Shown here one piece after another: positions 1 through 9,549 of a stretch of DNA of 64,000 nt. Both the position numbers and the translations under genes were made by a program. The DNA is taken from contig CAVYRF010000001.1 of the NCBI GenBank assembly GCA_963770895.1, forward strand, positions 1,728,001-1,792,000. The letters run 5' to 3'. The stretch comes from an uncultured Acidobacteriota bacterium. Lineage in GTDB: Bacteria > Acidobacteriota > Thermoanaerobaculia > Multivoradales > UBA5704. Under the pieces are notes generated by a model. That model saw only the letters and a list, made by a program, of their open reading frames with translations, was not told the DNA's origin and made no database searches. Each line of letters starts with the position of its first letter. The first letter of the stretch is position 1.

Positions 1-496
1 GGTAGGCCTCATCCTCCAGGTTGGCCTCGCCCTTGGGGAGGCTCTGCGCGCGGATGACGCCGGCGCGATCGATCACCACCAGCTGCGGCACCTGCATGCG
101 ATCGGCGGCGCCGCGGCCCAAAAAGGCGTCCACCTTGTCGGCGGAGGTGAAGCCGACGGGAAACGTGATCCGTGAGCGGGTCACGAAGTCGGCCACCAGC
201 GGTCCGTTGACGTCGTTGTCGAACGCCACGGCGACCGGCGTGAAGCCGTTCGGGTCCAGCTCTTTGCGCAGCTTGTCGAGCGTCTGGGCCAGGCGCCAGC
301 AGTGTGGGCAGTGGGTGAGCAGGAACTCGACGACGACCACCTTTCCCTTGAGCGCCGGCAGCGAGATCGCCGGCTTGGCGGGCGGCGCCGACAGCGGCAG
401 GTCGCCGGCCGGCCGCGGCACCGGCGCGGCGGCGCCCATCCAAAGCGCGGCGACCATCAAGATCAAGACTGCCGTGGCGCGGTTGCGTGCAATCAT
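1..496 (-). CDS. TlpA/thioredoxin-like disulfide reductase, secreted (3' end off window)
   Basis: Not in the ORF track (no stop in window). Minus-strand translation MIARNRATAVLILMVAALW...LKGKVVVVEFLLTHCPHCW...VPQLVVIDRAGVIR has a signal peptide, a CxxC motif and the cis-Pro loop typical of TlpA. Confidence 0.8.
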   Translation of the reverse strand, partial: MIARNRATAVLILMVAALWMGAAAPVPRPAGDLPLSAPPAKPAISLPALKGKVVVVEFLLTHCPHCWRLAQTLDKLRKELDPNGFTPVAVAFDNDVNGPLVADFVTRSRITFPVGFTSADKVDAFLGRGAADRMQVPQLVVIDRAGVIRAQSLPKGEANLEDEAY

Positions 497-527
497 AGGA
501 TCGACCCCCTCATGAAAGAGATGTGCG

Positions 528-1892
528 TCAAGCTTGCTGCCAGGTGTCAGCGATCCGTTTCACCTCTTCCTCCGCCGTGTGCGCCGCCTCGTCGGGATTC
601 TGTTCGCCCTTGAGAACACGTAGGAACATCCGCGGCACGACGAAGGTGTTGAACGCTTCCATCGCCACCGGGTTGGCGAATCCGGGATAGCCGAGGTTGG
701 TGGTCCAGTGCAGCGCGTCCTTGAGCTCCTTGTACTTGTAAGGCGGCTCGCCGCGCGCATCGTTTTCCAACCGGACGATGAGGTTCGGCACCGTTTTTTG
801 AAAGATCGGAAAGTTACAGCCCAGCGTCTGCTCGTAGATGACCCTGGAGCTGTCGATCATGTCGACCAGGAACTGCCGCGCCGCCGCGCCGTTGTCGGCA
901 AAATTCCACACTGTCGAGCAGTTGGTGGCGTGGGGAAACGCCATGATGCCGGTGACGCCGAGCAGCGGCGGGCTCAGGCGCATCTGCCTGGCCGCTTCGG
1001 GGTTCTCCTTTTCGGCCATGCGCAGCACGGCGATCGAGCCGACGGTGCAGGAGGTCTGGCGCGCCACCATGGCGCGCAGGTTGGCCGCCGACCCCCAGGC
1101 CAGCTGTTCGGCGGCGCCGGCTTCGTCGACCAGCTTTTTGACGTACTTGAGCGCCGCCTGGGTGCGGGAGCCGCGATTGATCAGGATATTGCCGGCGGCG
1201 TCCAGCACGCTGCCGCCAAAGGAGCAGAGCAGGCCGTTCAGGGTGATGTTGCCTTCCAGGGTCGGCGTCAGCGCCAGGCCGCAGGGCGCGCCCAGCTGGG
1301 AGCGGATTCTGCCGCCGCCGCTGGCCAGCCCGTTGTAGTGCGTCGGCCCCAGCGGCATCTTGACCGCGCCCCACGAGTCCGCAAAGTAGTGGATCGGCGT
1401 CGGCAGCCACGAATCGGCGAAGGCATAGTACCGTTTGCTCTTGGGATCGAACGTGGAGCGGTGCCCCAGCCGGTCGATCGAGCCGTGCTTGAAGCTGACG
1501 TCCTGGTAGACCACCGCGTGATCGATCGCATGGCGCGCGAACTCGGCCGGCGGCCAGGGAAACATGAACAGGTCGTGTCCCTTGCCGGCAGCCGTTTCGG
1601 CGGCGGCGCGCGCATGGACTTCCTCCACCGGGATGAGATCGACGATCACCTTGGTGTCGTTGCGCTCGCCCCACTGCTTGGCCAGCACCTGCTCGAACCA
1701 CACGTCGTACTCGGGAATGAAATGCGCCCACTTGGCGATCTTCAAGGTGCCCGGCGCGAGCGAGGCGCCGGCGCGGCCTGCGGTCAGCAGCGCCGGTCCC
1801 GCCGCGGTGGCGGCCGCCGCCGTGCCCGCCGCCAGCCGCAGGAAGTCCCGCCGCGACACGCCTCGCTGCTGCGGCGGCGTCGTGCTTGCCAT
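528..1892 (-). CDS. Tat-exported ABC-type extracellular solute-binding protein
   Basis: VSRRDFLRLAAG Tat motif; sugar-SBP-like layout; GGAGGA RBS before ATG at 1892. Confidence 0.75.
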   Translation of the reverse strand: MASTTPPQQRGVSRRDFLRLAAGTAAAATAAGPALLTAGRAGASLAPGTLKIAKWAHFIPEYDVWFEQVLAKQWGERNDTKVIVDLIPVEEVHARAAAETAAGKGHDLFMFPWPPAEFARHAIDHAVVYQDVSFKHGSIDRLGHRSTFDPKSKRYYAFADSWLPTPIHYFADSWGAVKMPLGPTHYNGLASGGGRIRSQLGAPCGLALTPTLEGNITLNGLLCSFGGSVLDAAGNILINRGSRTQAALKYVKKLVDEAGAAEQLAWGSAANLRAMVARQTSCTVGSIAVLRMAEKENPEAARQMRLSPPLLGVTGIMAFPHATNCSTVWNFADNGAAARQFLVDMIDSSRVIYEQTLGCNFPIFQKTVPNLIVRLENDARGEPPYKYKELKDALHWTTNLGYPGFANPVAMEAFNTFVVPRMFLRVLKGEQNPDEAAHTAEEEVKRIADTWQQA

Positions 1893-1988
1893 CTGCTTGC
1901 TCCTCCCGTTACCGCGCCTGTTCCAAAGCCGGCCATGGAGCCGCACCGGCGATCGCGCGCGACCGCCGGCTTTGCGTCTACGGAGCGT

Positions 1989-3188
1989 CTACCGCATGCT
2001 GCTCGCGGGGGCCGGCAGGATGCCCTGCGCCACCGCCGCGTTTTGCTGCGTCGGCGTCAATTCCGCGCAGTATGCCCCAAAGAACTGCAGGCAGAGGAAG
2101 TCGGCCAGGATGTGCACGTCGACCGGGAGGCCGTTCGGCTGGCTGACGTGATCGAGGAACGCGTCCAGCGTGATCGCCCCGTTGCGCGGATCGGGCAGCG
2201 CCGGGCAGATGAGCCACACCGAGCCGCCGTCGGCGCCGCCCGGATCCTCGTTGCCTTCCATGGCGCAACCCGGACTGGGCGGATTGGTACCCAGGAAGCC
2301 TGGAATCGGATTGGAGCCGACCACCTGGCCCTCCAGGAAGTTCAGCTCGTCCGGCGTCTTGATGATCGGGGTGCCGTCCAGGGTGAGGCCGTTTTTCTGC
2401 TGCAACGACGCCAGCATCGCGTGGCACTGCGCGGTCTGGTGCGGGCCGAAGCCGGTGTCCATGTACCAGAAGTAGGTGATGATCCACATGCCGAGCAGGT
2501 CGTCGCAGAAGTAGCCGAAGGGGGCGCTGCCGTCCACGGCGTTGCGGTTGGTGGCGAAGCGCCAGTCCTGCCGCAGGGTTGGCGTGGCGACGCTGGTCAC
2601 CGGGAAGCACGGCTTGGTGCCGTCGCCCATGGTGCCGCAGGGGGTGCCGGCGAAGACGCCGTTGACGAACTGTTTGGGCGCGGCGTAGGCCTCGAAGTTG
2701 CCGACGATGTCGACCATCTGCAGGCCGCGCGCGTTGGCGACGCCGGTGAAGAAGTTCTGATTCAGGACAAAGGCGATGATCGAGATGAACTGCGTCGGTG
2801 CCGTCGGGTCGTCGCTGTAGCCGCCGGTGGTCGCCAGGATGCGGATGTTCTTGCGATCGGGGTCGTCGACGGAGTTGTCCACCACCCAGTTCACCTGGCC
2901 GTGGCCGGCCGGTGGACCGGTCTGGCGGAAGAAGCCGAAGCGTGCCGCCGCCGCCGTGTCGAGCTCGGTCAGGTTGATGCCGTTGGCGGTATAGAACGCA
3001 TCGTTGAAGTCGAACGGGGGGGCGTTGAACACCGGGAAATTGAGGAAGCCGGGCGGCTCCGCGGGCGCCGCGCCCGCGGCTTGCGCCGCAAGCCGGGTCG
3101 CCGGGGCCAGCCAAAGCAGCAGCAGTGCCACCACTGTCAAAGCCGCGACGCGGGCAGCGAGCGGCCTGTTGTCGATCGTCCTGTTCAC
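1989..3188 (-). CDS. Secreted hypothetical protein with 8 Cys
   Basis: Signal peptide (AALTVVALLLLWLAPA), strong GC3 codon bias, GGAGGA RBS, co-oriented with the copper genes. Confidence 0.75.
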   Translation of the reverse strand: MNRTIDNRPLAARVAALTVVALLLLWLAPATRLAAQAAGAAPAEPPGFLNFPVFNAPPFDFNDAFYTANGINLTELDTAAAARFGFFRQTGPPAGHGQVNWVVDNSVDDPDRKNIRILATTGGYSDDPTAPTQFISIIAFVLNQNFFTGVANARGLQMVDIVGNFEAYAAPKQFVNGVFAGTPCGTMGDGTKPCFPVTSVATPTLRQDWRFATNRNAVDGSAPFGYFCDDLLGMWIITYFWYMDTGFGPHQTAQCHAMLASLQQKNGLTLDGTPIIKTPDELNFLEGQVVGSNPIPGFLGTNPPSPGCAMEGNEDPGGADGGSVWLICPALPDPRNGAITLDAFLDHVSQPNGLPVDVHILADFLCLQFFGAYCAELTPTQQNAAVAQGILPAPASSMR

Positions 3189-3336
3189 AAATCTATCCTC
3201 CTCCGAGCGGCCCGGCCGGCGCCTGTCGCCAGGCGATGCGGGCCCCCGGAATCACGAGTTTTGACAAACTGAACGCCAGGGTCGATGGTCTCCATCGCGG
3301 AAGCCTGCGCTCGCGGCAGCGCCGTGAGCCGTCGCT

Positions 3337-3975
3337 TCACGCGCCCGTCCTCGCCGCATCCGGATGGATCATCCAGCCGACCGATTCGGCGATCCATTCG
3401 GCACGCGCCTGTCCGGGGCAGGCCCCCCACAGCATCAGCGGCTCGTTGCCGTAGCGGATGTTGCCGATGTGCTGGTTGACGTCCTGATCCAGCTTGACGT
3501 CCGGATTGGTGAAGCCCAGGCTGCGGCGCAGCCGTTCGACGTCGCCGCGGTCGCCGGTCAGGAACGTCCAGCCCGGACCCGCGCCGTGCATCTTGGCGAA
3601 GGCCTTCAACACGTCGGGCCGGTCCTGATCGGGCTTGAGCGTGATCGAGGTCATGAACACCTCGCGACCGACCTTGTCGCCCAGCAGGTGCTGCACCTTG
3701 GCGAGGTTGGCCATGACCAGCGGACAGATCTCCTTGCATTCGGCAAAGAAGAAGTTGATCGTCACCACCTTGTCCTTCACCAGGTCGTCATACAGGCGCA
3801 CCGGCTGATCGTCCTGGTTGCGCAGCACGACGTCGGGGAAGTAGCGCTGACGGATGCGATCGCGCGGCGCCGAGGGGGTGAACTGCGTTGCTTCCGCAGC
3901 TCTTCCCAGGACGGTTCCCGCCAGGGGAGCCAGCGCCGCCAGACCGAGAAGCTTGCGTCTTGAAGGCTGTTGCAT
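3337..3975 (-). CDS. SCO1/SenC family copper chaperone (Tat signal)
   Basis: SRRKLLG Tat motif; FFFAECKEICP CxxxC motif; SITLKPDQD, WTFLTG and a distal His (NQHIG). Confidence 0.88.
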   Translation of the reverse strand: MQQPSRRKLLGLAALAPLAGTVLGRAAEATQFTPSAPRDRIRQRYFPDVVLRNQDDQPVRLYDDLVKDKVVTINFFFAECKEICPLVMANLAKVQHLLGDKVGREVFMTSITLKPDQDRPDVLKAFAKMHGAGPGWTFLTGDRGDVERLRRSLGFTNPDVKLDQDVNQHIGNIRYGNEPLMLWGACPGQARAEWIAESVGWMIHPDAARTGA

Positions 3976-4000
3976 AACCTTTGCTCCCTCCTTGGCCCGG

Positions 4001-5890
4001 CTACGGCACCAGGACGTTGTCCCCTTCGGGTTGGACGTGCCACAGGGCCATCATGGCGTGGTCTTCGTGCACGACGTTGTGGCAGTGGATCGGATACTTG
4101 CCCAGCCAATCGCGGAAGCGGAAGAACAGCAGCACGCGCTCGTTGGGATGGAGCTGCGTCACGTCCTTGCGCGAACGTTCGACGGCGAGCGGCGGCGGCA
4201 CCCGGTTGCGGGAGAGGATCTGGTGCTCTTCCAGGTGGATGTGGACCGGGTGGGTCCAATCGCCGGTGAGGTTCAACAAGATGAAGTTTTCGACGCTGTT
4301 CTGCTGCACCGTGAAGCGGAACGTGCCGCAGTCCATGAACTGGCCGTTGACCGACCACTGGCCGTTCAAGCGGTCGAACTTGAAGGTGCGGGTGATGCGC
4401 GGCGCGGCGTTGGTGCTCGGCAGTTGATAGAACGTCTGGGTCGCCGGGTTGGCGCTGCCGTCGTGCACCGCCGTGCCGCTCACCCTGAACTGCAGCAGCA
4501 GGTTACCCTGGCCCGCCGGGAGCACCGTGGGTACCGGGTTGCCGTTGGCGTCGGTGCATTCGCCGGCGTTGACCGGGCCCATGCCGTTGAGTTGATTCAG
4601 GCGGTTTTCCAGGTACATCGTCTTGCCGGCGTACTGGCTGAAGTCGATGATCACGTCCATGCGCTCGGCCGGGCCGATGCGGGCGCTGGTCACCTGCACC
4701 GGAGCGGGCAGCAGGTTGCCGTCGTTGGCGATCACCCAATACGGGTTGGTGGCGCCCAGATTGTTCAGGTTGGTCAGGTAGTACTCGTAGAAGCGCGACG
4801 GCCCGGTGTCGAGCAGGCGGAAGCGGTAGCGCCGCGGCTCGACGTTCAGATAGGGCTGGATCTGGCCGTTGACCAGGAACTTGTCGCCCAGGATGCCGTC
4901 CAGGCTGAACAGATCGAAGGCCAACTCGCCGCTCGAAGGGTCGTAGACCTTGTCGGCGAACACCAGCGGGATGTCGAACTGCGGGAAGCTGGGCAGCCGG
5001 AAGCCGGTGCTTTCGTTGCCGGTGTCGTACTGATTGAACAGCAGGTAGTACCCGACCAGTCCCTTGTAGGTGTTCTGCGACGTGAAGTCGACGCGGTGGT
5101 CGTGGTACCACAGGGTGCTGAGCGCCTCGTTGACGTCGCCGTTCGGCTTGTGATCGGAGTTGAAGCCGGCCAGGACGTTGGGGTAGTACTGGTCGCAGAA
5201 GTTGCCGATGCCGTAGAAGTCGCAGGGGTTGCCGTCGCTTTCCGACGGGTTGTGCGCGTTGTGCAGGTGGGTGGTCACCGATGGCATGCCGAAGCCGCCG
5301 TTTTGACTCACCGGCGGCAGCGCGTTGGTGTTGCGCGTCAGCTGCGGTACGCCGTAGTTGGCGACGTAGGTCGGACCGGGGCTGGAGATGTGCACGCCGT
5401 CGCTGAAGGCCCAGATGGTCTGCGGCGGCAGGTCCGGCGACTGCGACACCTGCGTCATCTTCTGGGTGAAGTGATACAGCCTGGGCGGCGGGAAGGGGAA
5501 GCCCAGGGCCGGCGCCTGGTGGGGCGCCGAGCGCACCTCGCCGGCGGCGGTGTTGGGTGCGATGGTCGGCGCCGGGCTGAGCGAGCTCACCGTCTGGGCG
5601 ATCGGCATGATCGTCAGCGGTTCGATGAACAACCGCGTTGGCGGGCTGGCCGGCAGGCCGGCCCCGGCGCACAGATTGGGGATCCCCTGCTGAAAGGTCT
5701 GCGCGAACGCGCGGCTGCTCAAGCCGTTCTTGAGAATCAGCATGCCGCTGGCGCTGAGCAGACCCATCTTGAACAGGTCCCGCCGGCTGGTCAGGCCCGC
5801 GGCGATCAGCTCGCGCCGATTGTTGGCGGCGTTGAGCATCTCGCGGTACCGCCTCCTCGACACCTTCTCGCCTAAAGAGTTGTAATACAT
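4001..5890 (-). CDS. Tat-exported multicopper oxidase (CotA/bilirubin oxidase-like)
   Basis: All four Cu motifs present: THLHN, WYHDH, HPVHIH, HCHNVVHEDHAMM; SRRDLFK Tat motif. Confidence 0.92.
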   Translation of the reverse strand: MYYNSLGEKVSRRRYREMLNAANNRRELIAAGLTSRRDLFKMGLLSASGMLILKNGLSSRAFAQTFQQGIPNLCAGAGLPASPPTRLFIEPLTIMPIAQTVSSLSPAPTIAPNTAAGEVRSAPHQAPALGFPFPPPRLYHFTQKMTQVSQSPDLPPQTIWAFSDGVHISSPGPTYVANYGVPQLTRNTNALPPVSQNGGFGMPSVTTHLHNAHNPSESDGNPCDFYGIGNFCDQYYPNVLAGFNSDHKPNGDVNEALSTLWYHDHRVDFTSQNTYKGLVGYYLLFNQYDTGNESTGFRLPSFPQFDIPLVFADKVYDPSSGELAFDLFSLDGILGDKFLVNGQIQPYLNVEPRRYRFRLLDTGPSRFYEYYLTNLNNLGATNPYWVIANDGNLLPAPVQVTSARIGPAERMDVIIDFSQYAGKTMYLENRLNQLNGMGPVNAGECTDANGNPVPTVLPAGQGNLLLQFRVSGTAVHDGSANPATQTFYQLPSTNAAPRITRTFKFDRLNGQWSVNGQFMDCGTFRFTVQQNSVENFILLNLTGDWTHPVHIHLEEHQILSRNRVPPPLAVERSRKDVTQLHPNERVLLFFRFRDWLGKYPIHCHNVVHEDHAMMALWHVQPEGDNVLVP

Positions 5891-6186
5891 GCCTTGCCCC
5901 CCTTTACTGCCACTCCATGATTGCCAACGTGCCGGCCGGCACGATGCCGTCAACGTCTCGCCGGCATGCCTGCGCTCACCGCCGGCCCAGGCCCCACGGA
6001 CGTGGGACCTGCGGTGGCGTCGTGTTATCGCTCAACCCAGCTTGCGATGGGCTTGAAAGCAGATTGGACGGCTATTTGGCAAAATGTGAGCTCCCCCAGA
6101 GCTCAGCGATACTCCCCGCCGGAAATCCCAGCTGAAAGGAGGTTCGCCAGTGTCGCGTTGCGCGATCGACTTTGAAAGCGACTGCG

Positions 6187-6215
6187 AAACTACAGGCTGC
6201 TAAGAATATTGTCAA
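6187..6215 (-). promoter_or_regulatory. sigma70-type promoter for the copper oxidase operon
   Basis: Minus strand reads TTGACA-17 nt-TAGTTT, in an AT-rich patch upstream of the oxidase. Confidence 0.6.
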
Positions 6216-6609
6216 CACCCAATGTGAAATTTTTATAAGACGGTTCGCAGAACTTATTTCACCAGTAACTCAGTCTCTCAAAGAAAGGCTCCCGCCCTAT
6301 GTGCTGCAGCAATAATTAAGGTCGCGTTGCGATAGAAAGATGGGCGCGGATGTATGTTCCCACGCTCAATTTGCTGCGCCACAAGGACGGCATCCATGCG
6401 TGCAGGCACGACGGCCGCGGTGTGTGATCGAAGAGGCCCGGCTCGGTGCGGATCTGCGCCCAGAGACAGTGCCGCGGACGACCCCTCTCCTTGTACCAAC
6501 AAACATCGTTGCACGATCTACATGCGATGAAAGTGCGGATTTACATCGGGCGGGGCCGGGCAAGCGGTGGCGCGAAACCAAGCAGCCCTGACACCACAGG
6601 TTCGGCCTG

Positions 6610-6915
6610 GCCTCGCCGCGCAGGCCGCAGTGGCCGGGTGCGGGCCGCAGTGGCCGGGCGCGGGCCGTTCGCCGCGCGCAGGCCGGCCGCTTGGCGCAGG
6701 CCGGTCGCTTGGCAGGCCGGTCGCTTGGCGCAGGCCGGTCGCCTGGCGCAGGCCGCGGTTACCAAGGCGCTGGCCCCGGTCGCCTGGCGCAGGCCGCGGT
6801 TACCAAGGCGCTGGCCGCGGTCGCCTGGCGCGGGGCGCGGTTACCAGGGCGCAGGGCCGCGGTCGCCAGGGCGCAGGCCGCGCCGTCGCCGTGCACAGGC
6901 CGCGGGGTCGCTGGT
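6610..6915 (+). repeat. Degenerate GC-rich tandem repeat (16-21 bp units)
   Basis: About a dozen units such as GGCGCAGGCCGGTCGCTT and GGCGCAGGCCGCGGTTACCA, with no unique spacers. Confidence 0.7.
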
Positions 6916-6976
6916 AACATCGCGGGGCGTAGAGACGCCAGAAGACGATGGGTGCTTACGACCAAAGGAGCCGTTC

Positions 6977-7915
6977 ATGCGAGTACGTCTGTTTGCTCAA
7001 CAAGCCGCGGTCCTGGCGGCCCTGGCGGCGTCGCTGCTCGTCCCAGGGTCCGCCGCCGGGGCGGTCACCTATGACGTGGCGGCGAGCTGTGCGTTTTCCG
7101 CCGACCCCGGCGACGACGTGAGCCGCGGGTTTTACGTCACCAATTACGGCGCGACCAACCTGGGAGAGGTCGAGCTGCTGTACAGCGCCAGCGTCGACGG
7201 CTTTTACCGGGTCGTGCTGGAGGCGCACCGCGGCTCCTTCGACGGGCCGCTCATCGGCTCGCCGCAGATCGCGACCCCCTTCGTGGTTTCGACCAGCCAG
7301 ACCTTTACGCTGTTCGACTTCAACGGCGCCCCCGTCACGCCGGGCGACACCATCGCCTTCACCCAGACCTATCAGCAGATCTCGGGGGGAACCACCGGCA
7401 GCTTGACCTACAACATCGGCAGCCCGGGCCAGAACTGCCCCGACGTCTTCGAAACCAACGGCACCAGCCCGCCCCTGGACTCCTTCCGGCGGCATGCCTT
7501 GGGCCTGCTGATCCGGTCGCAGGTCGCCAGCACCTCCTGCGTCGCCTCCGACACCGTGATGTGCATCGACGGTGTGCCCGGCGACCAGCGATTCCAGGTC
7601 TCGGTCACCTACAAGACTTCGCAAGGCGGCGGCTCGTCGGGGAGCGGCCAGGAGATTCCGCTGACGCCGCTCGGCGTGAGCCACGGCGGCCTGATGTGGT
7701 TCTTCGACTCCACCAATCCCGAGATGGTGCTCAAGATCCTCAACGGCTGCCTGGTCAACGGCAAGTACTGGGTCTTCATCTCGGCGGGAACCAACGTCGG
7801 GTTCGAGGTGACGATCACCGACACGCTCTTCCACAAGACCGTGACCTACAGCAACCCCGACCTCACGCCGGCAGTGCCGGTCGAGGATGTCGGCGCCCTG
7901 CCGGGTTGCGTGTAA
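6977..7915 (+). CDS. Secreted hypothetical protein with a WFF..N.E.vlKilnGC..NG.yWVF C-terminal domain
   Basis: AAAGGAG RBS, ATG at 6977, signal peptide. The ORF-track N-terminal extension is translated repeat. Confidence 0.75.
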   Translation: MRVRLFAQQAAVLAALAASLLVPGSAAGAVTYDVAASCAFSADPGDDVSRGFYVTNYGATNLGEVELLYSASVDGFYRVVLEAHRGSFDGPLIGSPQIATPFVVSTSQTFTLFDFNGAPVTPGDTIAFTQTYQQISGGTTGSLTYNIGSPGQNCPDVFETNGTSPPLDSFRRHALGLLIRSQVASTSCVASDTVMCIDGVPGDQRFQVSVTYKTSQGGGSSGSGQEIPLTPLGVSHGGLMWFFDSTNPEMVLKILNGCLVNGKYWVFISAGTNVGFEVTITDTLFHKTVTYSNPDLTPAVPVEDVGALPGCV

Positions 7916-8061
7916 GCGGCCGCCGGGCCTGCTCACCTGTCAGCCGCGCGCGGCGTCGAAAGCCGGCGCCGCGCGGAGTCGATCGCGGAGTCGTTGCCCA
8001 GGAAGCGTGCGGCCTGGGCCTGGCCCATCCCAGTGCCTGCCGGCGACCTGCCGCCGGGAGC

Positions 8062-8604
8062 TTACGGCTGCGGCTGGCTGGGGGCCGCGCCGCTGCCGGC
8101 GCTGCCGTTGGTGGCGGCGTCGCTGTCGCTGCCACTGCCGCTGTTGGGATCGACGATGGCGAAGCGCTCGGTGTCGACCTTCTGGCCGCCCACCGAGAGG
8201 TCGGCGTGGTAGTCGCCCTTGGCCCAGCCGCTGGTCTGCTTGACGAAGTCCATGGTGTGCTGGCCCTTGCTCACGGTCTTGTCGTCGCCGCCCAGCGAAT
8301 CGCCGTTGGGGCCGACCCAATCGACGTGCACCGGCGTGCCGACCGGCGCCTTGCCGATGGTCAGGGCGACCATGACCGGCTGGCCGATGGTGAAGTTGTT
8401 GCCCTTCTGGTCGCCGGCGATCGAGCCGTCGGCGCCCACCTGGTGCCCCACCGACACGTCGGCCAGAGAAGCCTGCGCCTGGCGCGAGGTCATCTCGCCC
8501 GGCGGCATCTGGTTGGCCGATGCATCGTCGTGACAGGCCGCTACCGTCAGCGGCAGCGCCGCCACCATGAGGGATGCCATCCAAAGGCTTTTTTTCGTCT
8601 TCAT
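8062..8604 (-). CDS. Lipoprotein with an Ig-like domain
   Basis: Lipobox-like TVAAC after a hydrophobic stretch; AGGAGG RBS; low-complexity Ser/Gly tail. Confidence 0.7.
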   Translation of the reverse strand: MKTKKSLWMASLMVAALPLTVAACHDDASANQMPPGEMTSRQAQASLADVSVGHQVGADGSIAGDQKGNNFTIGQPVMVALTIGKAPVGTPVHVDWVGPNGDSLGGDDKTVSKGQHTMDFVKQTSGWAKGDYHADLSVGGQKVDTERFAIVDPNSGSGSDSDAATNGSAGSGAAPSQPQP

Positions 8605-8836
8605 CTCCAGCCTCCTGACTTGGAAGAATCACGTTGAAGGTACCGGCCGGCTCGACTGTTGCGTGCCCGATGCGCCGACGGTACCGGCTAGAGCTGCAAC
8701 CTGGCGGCGCCGCTGCTGCTGCCGGCGCCCACGCCATGATGGAGAGGCAATCAGCGTGCCAGGTACCGGGTAATGTCCGCCGGCGCGAGCTCGCCACCGC
8801 CGCCTCCGGCCGCATCTTGATCTACAATCGCCAGGC

Positions 8837-9316
8837 ATGAGCGACGACCTCGCGTCCACCCCCGGCCCGACCGATTGGCGGCACCATGGGGTCAAGGTGA
8901 TCCCCGGCAACGCGCTGGACTCCAACACCCCGCAGACCCCCGGCATGAGCCGCGCGGCGGCGATCAGCTTCGCCCGCTGCGGGGCGCAGAAGCTGTGGGC
9001 CGGCACGGTGCAGATCCATCCCAACGCCAAGACCGGCGCCCACCACCACGGCGCCCTCGAAAGCGTGATCTACGTGCTCAAGGGGCGCGCCCGCATGCGC
9101 TGGGGAGACCAGCTGGAATTCGTCGCCGAAGCGGGGCCCGGCGACTTCATCTTCGTGCCGCCCTACGTGCCGCACCAGGAGATCAACGCCTCCACCGAAG
9201 AGCCGCTGGAATGCGTGCTGGTGCGCAGCGACAACGAAGCCGTGGTGGTCAACCTGGACATCGAACCGGCGGAGAAGCCCGAACAGGTGCGCTGGGTCGA
9301 CCCGATCCATCGCTGA
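8837..9316 (+). CDS. Cupin domain protein
   Basis: GAHHHGALESVIYV...GPGDFIFVPPYVPHQE cupin motifs. Confidence 0.85.
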   Translation: MSDDLASTPGPTDWRHHGVKVIPGNALDSNTPQTPGMSRAAAISFARCGAQKLWAGTVQIHPNAKTGAHHHGALESVIYVLKGRARMRWGDQLEFVAEAGPGDFIFVPPYVPHQEINASTEEPLECVLVRSDNEAVVVNLDIEPAEKPEQVRWVDPIHR

Positions 9317-9343
9317 CCTGGCCGGATCAAGGGAGCTTGCAAC

Positions 9344-9544
9344 ATGTGGGGATTCATCGCCTGGCTGATCCTGCTCGTGGTCTACTGGCCGCTCGCGCTG
9401 CTGGCGCTGGTGCTCTATCCGATCGTCTGGCTGCTGCTGCTGCCGTTCCGCCTGGTCGGCATCACCTTCGAAGCGGTCTTCGTGCTGCTGAAGTCGATCC
9501 TCTTTCTGCCCGCCCGCCTGCTCGGCGAGCACCGCAACCGCTGA
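9344..9544 (+). CDS. Small hydrophobic membrane protein
   Basis: 66 aa, almost entirely hydrophobic; GGGAG RBS. Confidence 0.65.
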   Translation: MWGFIAWLILLVVYWPLALLALVLYPIVWLLLLPFRLVGITFEAVFVLLKSILFLPARLLGEHRNR

Positions 9545-9549
9545 GGCCA

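Noticed and set aside
6610-6915. Possible CRISPR array
   Set aside because: Units are contiguous and degenerate with no unique spacers, and no cas genes are present.
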